Shown: positions 9,681 to 17,120 of the stretch, piece by piece
Position numbering within the stretch: the stretch's first letter is position 1
Layout of the letters: each line of letters starts with the position of its first letter
Origin: Armatimonadota bacterium
Lineage (GTDB): Bacteria > Armatimonadota > SYMT01
Length of the DNA: 64,000 bases
Direction: 5' to 3'
NCBI GenBank assembly: GCA_046292385.1
Contig: JBKBRF010000010.1
Coordinates: forward strand, 1-64,000
Made by a program: the position numbers and the translations under genes
Notes under the pieces: generated by a model
The model's database searches: none
Seen by the model: only the letters and a program-made list of their open reading frames with translations
What the model was told of the DNA's origin: nothing

Positions 9681-10049
9681 GTGCCACCAATCCTTTCCGC
9701 GCCTGACCAAACAGAGCCGCCTCCGTGGGAACGTGCCATTCCCCGGGGGTGGCTCTTGGTTTTTCAGGTGCAGCCAGTCAACCACGAGAGACCGTTCGCG
9801 GACCGACGCCGAGAGGCGGGGCTCACGCTGTTCCAGGCGGCTATCCGCCTGCGGATTAGCGAGGATCACCTGCGCCGGCTGGAACGGGGCCGCGCGCCGC
9901 TCTCGCTACGGATCGCTGGGAAGATGGCCGCGGAGTACGGCTGCACCGTTCAGGCGTTGACGCGACCCGCTGACTTTCGGGCCGGCGGGATAGGGCAGAT
10001 CGGCCGGGGGCTGAATGGAAGCGGCTCCCGGCCCCAGCGGGACCGGTGA
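9681..10049 (+). CDS. XRE/Cro-like HTH protein (start may be GTG 9768)
   Basis: RREAGLTLFQAAIRLRISEDHLRRLERG HTH_3 pattern. Confidence 0.75.
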   Translation: MPPILSAPDQTEPPPWERAIPRGWLLVFQVQPVNHERPFADRRREAGLTLFQAAIRLRISEDHLRRLERGRAPLSLRIAGKMAAEYGCTVQALTRPADFRAGGIGQIGRGLNGSGSRPQRDR

Positions 10050-10071
10050 CGAATGGGTGAGGAGCTTTCAG

Positions 10072-10326
10072 ATGACCGGATACATCACCAAGACAGGATC
10101 TTTGAGTGCAGCGCTTCTGACCGCCATTGAGCAGCGGGTGCAAATCGCCGGCGGCCGGATGGAAGTTCGCGAGTTGCTGAAGCAGCTTCCGGAGTTTCCT
10201 CGACGCCGGGTTTGCCTGGCGATCAATGAGCTGTGGGAACAGGGCAAAGTCACGTGCGGGAGCGTAGACGGTGTGGCCTTTGTCCGGCTCGACCGCCGCC
10301 CGAAGCTTCCGGGGGAGCCTGACTGA
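10072..10326 (+). CDS. Small hypothetical protein, possibly winged-helix
   Basis: GAGGAG RBS before ATG 10072; stop overlaps the next start (TGATG). Confidence 0.55.
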   Translation: MTGYITKTGSLSAALLTAIEQRVQIAGGRMEVRELLKQLPEFPRRRVCLAINELWEQGKVTCGSVDGVAFVRLDRRPKLPGEPD

Positions 10327-11060
10327 TGGCTACCGAACTGGAAGCTCCCCCGCAGCGAGTGGACCAGGACGAGGTAGAACGTGCGATCCGACTGCTGTTC
10401 CCTGAAGATCACGTGGTGGAGCTGCGCTGCCCCAAGACGCCCAACGGCTGTGTCTCTGGCTACTACGATGACGGCGACAGCCTGCACTACGATGCCTGCC
10501 AGTGGAGCGGGCGCGCCGAGTCGGTCTACGTCACCCTGAACCCGGTTCGTGAGGATCTCCTGGCGCGGGCCTGCAACCGCGCGAAGGGATACTCGAAGCA
10601 CACCACCGCTGACAAGGACATTCTGCGCCGCCGTTGGCTCCTGGTGGACTTCGACGCCGTGCGGCCGGCCGGGATCAGCTCCAACGATGAGGAGCACGAA
10701 GCGGCACTGGAGAGGGCGCGGGCCTGCCGCGATTGGCTTCACTCCCTCGACTGGCCGGCGCCGATCTACGCGGACAGCGGGAACGGAGCTCACCTGCTCT
10801 ACCGGGTAGACGGGCCGAACGACGCCGCAACGGAGCGGGCGCTGAAGAGCATTCTGGAGAAGCTTGCGCGCCAGTTCGATGACGAGCGCGTAACCGTCGA
10901 CCCGACCACCTTCAACGCTTCCCGGATCAGCAAGCTCTACGGGACCCTGGCGGCGAAGGGAGACCACGTGCCGCGCCTGGGGCGCGTTCACCGGATCGCG
11001 CGCATTCTGGACGCTCCGGACCGCTTTGAGGTGCTTCGGCTGGAAGGCGGTGCCCCGTGA
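10326..11060 (+). CDS. AEP-superfamily primase-polymerase-like protein
   Basis: WLLVDFD (motif I), DSGNGAHLLY (motif II), VDPTTFNASRISKLYGT (motif III region). Confidence 0.8.
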   Translation: MATELEAPPQRVDQDEVERAIRLLFPEDHVVELRCPKTPNGCVSGYYDDGDSLHYDACQWSGRAESVYVTLNPVREDLLARACNRAKGYSKHTTADKDILRRRWLLVDFDAVRPAGISSNDEEHEAALERARACRDWLHSLDWPAPIYADSGNGAHLLYRVDGPNDAATERALKSILEKLARQFDDERVTVDPTTFNASRISKLYGTLAAKGDHVPRLGRVHRIARILDAPDRFEVLRLEGGAP

Positions 11061-13546
11061 GTGAAGAGCAAAGCCCACTCGAACGGCTCTTCGCGGCGGT
11101 GCCAGAACCGGAGCCAAAAGGCCGGAAGGGAAACGGGAAGAAGGGGCTGCTTCGCCGTACCTCCCCCACCGGCTCCGGGGACTACACCACCCTCAAAGCC
11201 GGCGAGTGGTTCAAGCACCACAACCACTACGGCCGCGAGCTAGAACCTGGCAAACACGCCGTGCTGTGTCCTTGGCACGATCAGCACTCCGACGATCGGG
11301 GAGCCGAGGCGAGCGATACCGTGGTGTGGGATGGGGACGGGAAGAGTTGGGCGCAACTCCACTGCTTGCACGCACACTGCCAGGGCCGCACGATCGAAGA
11401 CGTGCTGAAGCTCTGGACGGATGCCGATCAATTCTGCTCCGAGCCGTTCCAACCGGTGAAGTCCTGGCGGGCTGGCGGGGAGACTACCGGAGAGTTTCAA
11501 GCGCAGGTCGACTCCCTCGTTCAGCGGGTCGAAGCCGAGAAGAATCCGGCAGCGGTCTTTGAGGCGGTGGAGCTGCTGGCGCAGCTCGATACCGCGCGCC
11601 GATCCACCTGTAAAGCGCGCCTGAAAGACATCCTCGGCAAGCGACTGAACCTCAACGATCTCGAGGCGGCAATCACCGAGGCGCGCCGCCAGCTCGCCGC
11701 TCAAGAGCTGGCAGAACGACGGAAACGGGATACCGCCAACGGCGAGAGGCTTCCCGAGATCCTCATCGGAGTTTCGCATCTGCGGGACGTGTCGGACGAA
11801 TCAGTGTCGGCCCTAGTGGCTGCGAACAACCCGCCGACCCTCTTTGTGCAGACGGACTCTCTCGCGCGCGTTCGTCTGGTAGCTGATGGGCGAACCATCA
11901 TCGAACGAATGAACGAGCCGATGATGTGCGGCCGGTTGGCGCGGGTGGCTGACTTCGTGATCCCCACGAAAGAAGACGTCCAGGCGATCACTCCCCCGGC
12001 AGACGTGGTGAGGGACGTTCTCACCCGCGGGGACTGGCCGCTTCCGGCGCTGGAAGGCGTTACAGAGATCCCGATCCTACGACGGGACGGATCGATCGTG
12101 TCGGAGCCTGGTTACGATCCGTTTGCGAGAGTGCTATACGCTCCGCCGCCAGGTTTCGCATTCCCGCCAGTGCGAGACACCCCGACCGATGCGGACGTGA
12201 CGACCGCGGCAGATCTGCTGCAGGAGATGATCTGCGACTTCCCGTTTGAGCTCGATGCTGTGGGCGCCGACGGGAACCCGCTGAAGGTGAGTGCATCGAG
12301 GGCGAACGCGCTGGCTGCAATCATCACTCCAGTAGTTCGCTACGCGATAGCGGGCGGGGTGCCGCTGGCCCTCTTCGACAAACCGCGGGCTGGGACCGGC
12401 GCGGGCCTGCTCTGTGAGGTGGTGGCGCACCTGGCGACGGGCCGACCGGCCGAGATGACGACGGCGCCGGACAACGAGGAAGAGTGGCGGAAGTCGCTAA
12501 CCAGCATCCTCGTCTCGGGGCAGTCGATCATCATCATCGACAACGTGGATCGGGCGCTTTCGTCGGCTGCACTAGCTTCGGCGCTCACGGCTAACGTGTG
12601 GATCAGCCGAATCGTCGGAACAGCGCGAGTGGCCCGGGTTCCCCAACGAGCCACCTGGCTCGCCACCGGGAACAACATCCAGCTCAAAGGGGACCTGCCG
12701 CGCCGAAGTTACAAGATCCGGATGAACGCGCGATCTGCGCGGCCATGGATGGATCGGAAGTTCCGTCATCCGGATCTCACCGAGTGGGTGCTGGAACGGC
12801 GCGGGGACTTGCTTGCGGCAGTGTTGACGCTCGCGCGCGCCTGGCACGTGGCCGGCTGCCCTGGGGGCCATGGCCCGAAGGTGGGCGGTTTCTCCGAGTG
12901 GTGCCGGGTGGTCGGCGGGATCCTGCACCACGCTGGCATCCCGGGGTTCCTGGGGAATCTGGCGGAGCTCTACAACGAAGGCGACGAAGAAGCGATCCAG
13001 TGGGAGGCCTTCTTGCGCCAGGTCTTCGAGCACTTCGAGGGCGGGTGGTTCAAGACCGCTGACTTGGCCGCGGTTGTTCACCAGTCGGCCATGGTCCGGA
13101 CCAGCCTGCCGGACGATCTGTTGGAAGTGGTGGAGAAGCCGCCGGCATCGTTCCTGCGCCGGCTAGGATGGGCGCTGAAACGACGCGTCGATACTCACTA
13201 CGGCGATGACCAGCTCCGTCTGGAACAGCGGATTGACAGTCACACCAAGATTGCGCTGTGGCGGATCAACCGGAACGCCTGCGGGGTTTTGGTTGATCAC
13301 GGCGGGGTTCTTTCAGGTGAGAGCGGGGTTCCGCGCGGGGTTTCAAACGGCCAATCTACGCACGGAAGCGGGGTTTGCGGGGTTTCTTCACTAGACCCCA
13401 TAACGCATAACGACTCCCCTACCCTCTTCGGGGATCAAGGTGGGGGTATCTCCGAAGCAAAAGAGGGCGGCGGGAAAACCCCGCAAACCCCGAAACCCCG
13501 CAACTCTGGTACGTCCGCGAACGATTACGAAGAGGGAACGCTGTGA
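11057..13546 (+). CDS. Replication protein: Zn-binding domain plus SF3-like helicase/primase-associated ATPase
   Basis: CPWH...CLHAHC, degenerate Walker A (AGTGAGLL), Walker B IIIIDN, motif C ATGNN, arginine finger DLPRR. Translationally coupled to the prim-pol gene. Confidence 0.75.
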   Translation: MSEEQSPLERLFAAVPEPEPKGRKGNGKKGLLRRTSPTGSGDYTTLKAGEWFKHHNHYGRELEPGKHAVLCPWHDQHSDDRGAEASDTVVWDGDGKSWAQLHCLHAHCQGRTIEDVLKLWTDADQFCSEPFQPVKSWRAGGETTGEFQAQVDSLVQRVEAEKNPAAVFEAVELLAQLDTARRSTCKARLKDILGKRLNLNDLEAAITEARRQLAAQELAERRKRDTANGERLPEILIGVSHLRDVSDESVSALVAANNPPTLFVQTDSLARVRLVADGRTIIERMNEPMMCGRLARVADFVIPTKEDVQAITPPADVVRDVLTRGDWPLPALEGVTEIPILRRDGSIVSEPGYDPFARVLYAPPPGFAFPPVRDTPTDADVTTAADLLQEMICDFPFELDAVGADGNPLKVSASRANALAAIITPVVRYAIAGGVPLALFDKPRAGTGAGLLCEVVAHLATGRPAEMTTAPDNEEEWRKSLTSILVSGQSIIIIDNVDRALSSAALASALTANVWISRIVGTARVARVPQRATWLATGNNIQLKGDLPRRSYKIRMNARSARPWMDRKFRHPDLTEWVLERRGDLLAAVLTLARAWHVAGCPGGHGPKVGGFSEWCRVVGGILHHAGIPGFLGNLAELYNEGDEEAIQWEAFLRQVFEHFEGGWFKTADLAAVVHQSAMVRTSLPDDLLEVVEKPPASFLRRLGWALKRRVDTHYGDDQLRLEQRIDSHTKIALWRINRNACGVLVDHGGVLSGESGVPRGVSNGQSTHGSGVCGVSSLDPITHNDSPTLFGDQGGGISEAKEGGGKTPQTPKPRNSGTSANDYEEGTL
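13281..13501. repeat. Convergent GCGGGGTT iteron-like array (putative ori)
   Basis: Six direct copies (13281, 13302, 13323, 13335, 13368, 13377) and three inverted AACCCCG(C/A) copies (13477, 13486, 13494). Confidence 0.75.
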
Positions 13547-13899
13547 AGGCTCCTGCCGTCCTGGGGGCGCTGCGGCGGTTGGGCGTGGTGCTCTGGGTGG
13601 AAGGCGACACCCTTCATTACCGAGCGCCGGCCGATACTCTGGACGCGAAGCTCCGCGAGCAGCTTCAGGCGTACAAGTGGGCGTTGATGGAGCTCGTCCG
13701 GAGAGATCACGTTGTCACGTTGGCGCAGTCGAAGGGCTTCCCAGGGCTCTACGCCTACGGTCGATACGTCGGGGCGGGGGAGATGCTGTGGCGGAAGTTC
13801 GCGCAGCGGTGTCACGCGGCCTGGTTACCGCTGGCGGTTCAGGCGCTCGAGAGTTATGAACCGTCAGTGCCGTCGGATGGAGTTATCAGCGAGGATTGA
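13543..13899 (+). CDS. TubC N-terminal docking-domain-like small protein
   Basis: LRRLGVVLWVEGDTLHYRAP...LREQLQAYKWALMELV pattern; GTGA overlap with the helicase gene. Confidence 0.65.
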   Translation: MKAPAVLGALRRLGVVLWVEGDTLHYRAPADTLDAKLREQLQAYKWALMELVRRDHVVTLAQSKGFPGLYAYGRYVGAGEMLWRKFAQRCHAAWLPLAVQALESYEPSVPSDGVISED

Positions 13900-13903
13900 A
13901 GTG

Positions 13904-14581
13904 ATGATCAGCCAGGATACGGTAGTTACCACGGATGACGCGCGGGTGACATCACTCGCTATCGAAGTCAAAGTAGTTCGGATCGGCACCCGTCAAATGA
14001 CCAAGGCGGTCTTTAGGCAACTCGGCTTTGAATCCGTGATCGATCAAAATACCGGTGAACTCTGCGGCATCCCCTGGGGGCGGATCAACGAGCATCTGGA
14101 TTGCGAACTTGAACGTGAACAAGGAAAGCCGCACTTGCACGTGATTTGGCAGAAGGGGACTGAATTACGTCGAGCAGTGGTGACAGCGTCCATTAGACGT
14201 GCAGAGGTGGATGTGCGGTTTGAGCGCGCAGTTAACGCCTGGGTTCTCGTTGCCTCTCGATGCGACGGATGGAAACCAGATGGTGAGAAGCGCGGGAACT
14301 TCCATCTGAATGCCGCAGGGGTTCGGGCGTTTGTAGCAGCAACACCACTCCTACAAGCGATTTGGGATGATCGCCAGTCCTTCTACCTCGGGGGAAATCG
14401 ATCGGTTGAGGAAGAATTTCGGTCCGCCCTCGCTTCATTCGATTACGATTACATCCCCAGTATCGAGGATTGCTCTGCCAGCCTTGAAGAATGGGCCGAC
14501 GTCATCAAGAGTCGCGATCAAGCTTACCGCGAAGCCTATGCGCAGCTTCAGTCTCTGGATCAACTCTTCATCGCTGTGTAG
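13904..14581 (+). CDS. Hypothetical protein (lower-GC cargo)
   Basis: GAGGA RBS before GTG/ATG at 13901/13904; open to 14581. Confidence 0.6.
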   Translation: MISQDTVVTTDDARVTSLAIEVKVVRIGTRQMTKAVFRQLGFESVIDQNTGELCGIPWGRINEHLDCELEREQGKPHLHVIWQKGTELRRAVVTASIRRAEVDVRFERAVNAWVLVASRCDGWKPDGEKRGNFHLNAAGVRAFVAATPLLQAIWDDRQSFYLGGNRSVEEEFRSALASFDYDYIPSIEDCSASLEEWADVIKSRDQAYREAYAQLQSLDQLFIAV

Positions 14582-14668
14582 CCTGCGACCGGTTGACCAA
14601 AGCGGACCCGAAGTTGACATTTGCTGACATGCGAGGGTCGCGCGCGTGCGCGCGCACGAGAGGCAGCG

Positions 14669-14929
14669 ATGACCGACAGGCAAGCAGTGTTCGTGGAGCA
14701 CTATCTCCGGACGTGGAACGCGGCGAAGGCGGCGCGGCTGGCCGGCTACAGCACAGCTTCGGCGAAGGTGATCGCTAACCGGCTCCTCAAGCGTTCGGAC
14801 GTGCGAGAGCTGGTTGACGCACGATTGGCGGAGGTGCGGGCGGAGACGAACCGGATCTTCGAGGAGCGGGCGCGGACGGAGCGGATCCCCAAGCGCGACC
14901 CGGTGATTATCCGGGAAGTCGACCGATGA
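14669..14929 (+). CDS. terS: Terminase small subunit (short, mainly the HTH portion)
   Basis: MTDRQAVFVEHYLRTWNAAKAARLAGYS...ANRLLK is the Terminase_2-type N-terminus. Confidence 0.85.
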   Translation: MTDRQAVFVEHYLRTWNAAKAARLAGYSTASAKVIANRLLKRSDVRELVDARLAEVRAETNRIFEERARTERIPKRDPVIIREVDR

Positions 14930-15126
14930 GGAGCCGCAAGCCGGTCCCTCTCACGGCGCAGCAGGACGCGCGGCACCTGGTGAGCGAGCTGCGGGGCGCG
15001 GTGGCTCACTTCACGTCGCTGGAGACGGTCCTGGCCGCGGTGGGCGAGGAAGAGCGGCTCTGGCTCTGGTCGGTGTTGAAGACGGCCAAGCAGCTCCGAG
15101 AGCGGCCGGCGCCGGAAGAGCTGTAG
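14926..15126 (+). CDS. Small hypothetical protein
   Basis: ATGA overlap with terS; element-like codon usage. Confidence 0.55.
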   Translation: MRSRKPVPLTAQQDARHLVSELRGAVAHFTSLETVLAAVGEEERLWLWSVLKTAKQLRERPAPEEL

Positions 15127-15222
15127 GGGCGGCGGTAGGTAATTACTGGTCGGCGCAGGCACGCCAGGCGCAACACATGGACGCAACACCGGCGGTCGGG
15201 AAAGAGCAGCGAAAGCAAGCAA

Positions 15223-15408
15223 ATGGGCGAAACTTTGGAGCCTGAAGAACCGACTAATTACTTGGGACGGGTGAAGGCAAACCGCGAGATGTTGGACCAG
15301 CTCGCGCGCTCAATCCAAGACGTGGAGTATGGCGAGATCCGCATTACGATGCGCGCCGGCCACGTCGCAGAGATTAGCGAGACGCGCACCTTCCGCCCGG
15401 CGAAGTGA
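15223..15408 (+). CDS. DUF2292/YezD-like small protein
   Basis: IQDVEYGEIRITMRAGHVAEISETRTFR matches the DUF2292 pattern as I recall it. Confidence 0.75.
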   Translation: MGETLEPEEPTNYLGRVKANREMLDQLARSIQDVEYGEIRITMRAGHVAEISETRTFRPAK

Positions 15409-15522
15409 GCCCAGCCGAACAACGGCCAGCTCGCTCCGATGATCCTTACAACTTGTGACGGCCCAGCCGAACAACGGCCAGCCGGCGCACTGTGAATTCC
15501 TCACGGTGTCGCCGGCTTTCTT
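15409..15522 (+). promoter_or_regulatory. Tandem 22-bp repeats plus intrinsic terminator (attenuator-like leader)
   Basis: GCCCAGCCGAACAACGGCCAGC at 15409-15430 and 15461-15482. Terminator AGCCGGCGCACTGTGA...TCACGGTGTCGCCGGCT-TTCTT overlaps the second copy. Confidence 0.75.
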
Positions 15523-15564
15523 GGTTTCTGGCTGGTGGATTGAAACTGGACGAAAGGGAGAGTG

Positions 15565-16311
15565 ATGGTAAAGACCTACACCGCGCCGGGTTTATCGACG
15601 ATCCGCGGCGCACAGGATCGGATTGACACGATCCTGGCCGACTACGCGCAGAAGCGCAGCGAGATCCTCACGAAGCCGCGCCTGGCAGCCGGCGACCACG
15701 CCAACGGACAGAACACCCGGAAGGCGGAAGAGGAGCTGCGGGCGGAGCTGAACGGCGCCAAGCAGGTCACGCTCTGGGCGCTCGAAGACCTCTCCACCGA
15801 GGTGGAAGATGCCCACGGCGAGGCGGCGGACGACATCAAGCGCCGGCTAGGTGGCGGGAAGCCCTCGGACAGCTCCGCGGCCCTGCTGCGGGAGATGGAG
15901 CTGACGAACGCCTGGAACCGGATGAAGCCGCGCCTCGACCGCCACGACGAGCCGAGCGCTGCGGACCGCCAGCTACAGGAGTTGGTGAAGGAAGCCGGCC
16001 TCGAGCGGGACCCGATCCGGATTGACGCGCTGCTCCGGGAGGCGCGGCCGTACTTCCTGGGCCGCGGGTGGGATGAGGCGTTCATTCTGCAGGCGGCGCA
16101 GATGCTGGAAGGCGCGCTCTCCGAGATCCGGCCCGAGCTGGCGCCGGTGCTGGCTGCGCGTGTGGAGTTGGAGCAGGACATCTACCGGGCGCGGCTCTCC
16201 ATCAACTACGCGCGGACCGCCGTGGAGAAGGGCGAGGCGAGCGTGATCCTCGTCAACCCGGATGACTCCGTGCGGACCGTCACCCTGGCGGCGCCCTCGG
16301 GCGTGAGGTAG
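15565..16311 (+). CDS. Hypothetical alpha-helical protein, first gene of the morphogenesis-like operon
   Basis: GGGAG RBS; GC3-rich ORF; no family recognised. Confidence 0.7.
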   Translation: MVKTYTAPGLSTIRGAQDRIDTILADYAQKRSEILTKPRLAAGDHANGQNTRKAEEELRAELNGAKQVTLWALEDLSTEVEDAHGEAADDIKRRLGGGKPSDSSAALLREMELTNAWNRMKPRLDRHDEPSAADRQLQELVKEAGLERDPIRIDALLREARPYFLGRGWDEAFILQAAQMLEGALSEIRPELAPVLAARVELEQDIYRARLSINYARTAVEKGEASVILVNPDDSVRTVTLAAPSGVR

Positions 16312-16316
16312 GGCGA

Positions 16317-16670
16317 ATGGACGCGCGCGAGTTGGCGTCAGCGCGGCAGACGGTGGAAGCCACGTTCACCGATGTAGCGACGGTGACGCGGCAGGGTTGG
16401 CCGGAGCGGAACCGGCAGGGTGGCGCAGTGGCAGAGCACGTCCCGCTCGCTTCCTACCGGTGCCGACTGCTGCCGGGGCCGGGCCTGGAGACGGTGGAAG
16501 GCGGGCGGATCGTGTCCGTCACCACCTGGCGGGCGCTGCTGCCCTACAACGCCGACGTGCGGCCCACAGACCGCCTGACGATCCACGGCGTCGAGTACGA
16601 GGTGATCGCTACCAGTGACGGGGCCTCGGTGGAGCTGGAGCTGCGAGCGGAACTACGGAGAGTGCAATGA
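16317..16670 (+). CDS. Phage head-tail adaptor / head closure protein
   Basis: 117 aa, beta-rich; LLPYNADVRPTDRLTIHGVEYEV resembles SPP1 gp16/DUF6093-type joining proteins. Confidence 0.75.
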   Translation: MDARELASARQTVEATFTDVATVTRQGWPERNRQGGAVAEHVPLASYRCRLLPGPGLETVEGGRIVSVTTWRALLPYNADVRPTDRLTIHGVEYEVIATSDGASVELELRAELRRVQ

Positions 16671-17080
16671 CGACGGAGCGAAAGAGCCGGAGCCGGAAGG
16701 CTTCGCAGGTGGAAGCGGTGGCGGCGACGATCCAGCCGGCCGCCAAGGGGGTCTCGCTGGCGAAGCTGCGGAGCCGGGCCACGCGGACCGCAACCCTCCA
16801 GCTCGGGGGCGAGGTGGTGCGGCTCGACTACCAGCCTTCGCGGTTCACGCCGGCCCTACAGAAGCGGCTGGAAGCGGTGGCGGCGGAGCCTGGCGGCGAG
16901 GGCCTGGTGAAGCTGGAGACGCTCGCCGCGGTGCTCACCGGCTGGAACCTGGAAGACGAGGCGGGGAAGCCGCTGCCGGTGACGGCGGAGCAGCTCGCGG
17001 AGCTCGATTACGAGTTTCACGCGCTGGCGGTGGATGCGATCGTGCGGGACCTGGTGCCGCAGGCGGAACAGGCGGCATAA
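16667..17080 (+). CDS. Putative tail assembly chaperone
   Basis: VLTGWNLEDEAGKPLPVTAEQL motif; directly upstream of the tape measure gene. Confidence 0.65.
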   Translation: MTTERKSRSRKASQVEAVAATIQPAAKGVSLAKLRSRATRTATLQLGGEVVRLDYQPSRFTPALQKRLEAVAAEPGGEGLVKLETLAAVLTGWNLEDEAGKPLPVTAEQLAELDYEFHALAVDAIVRDLVPQAEQAA

Positions 17081-17120
17081 GCCGCGGGGCCTACGGGCCG
17101 GTAGGGAAAGGGGGTGCGGG

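Noticed and set aside
15409..15482. Mini CRISPR array
   Set aside because: Only two 22-bp repeats and no cas genes; the layout fits an attenuator better.
17104..17110. Lambda-type GGGAAAG slippery site for a G/GT chaperone frameshift
   Set aside because: It lies after the chaperone stop codon (17080) and overlaps the likely RBS of the tape measure gene.
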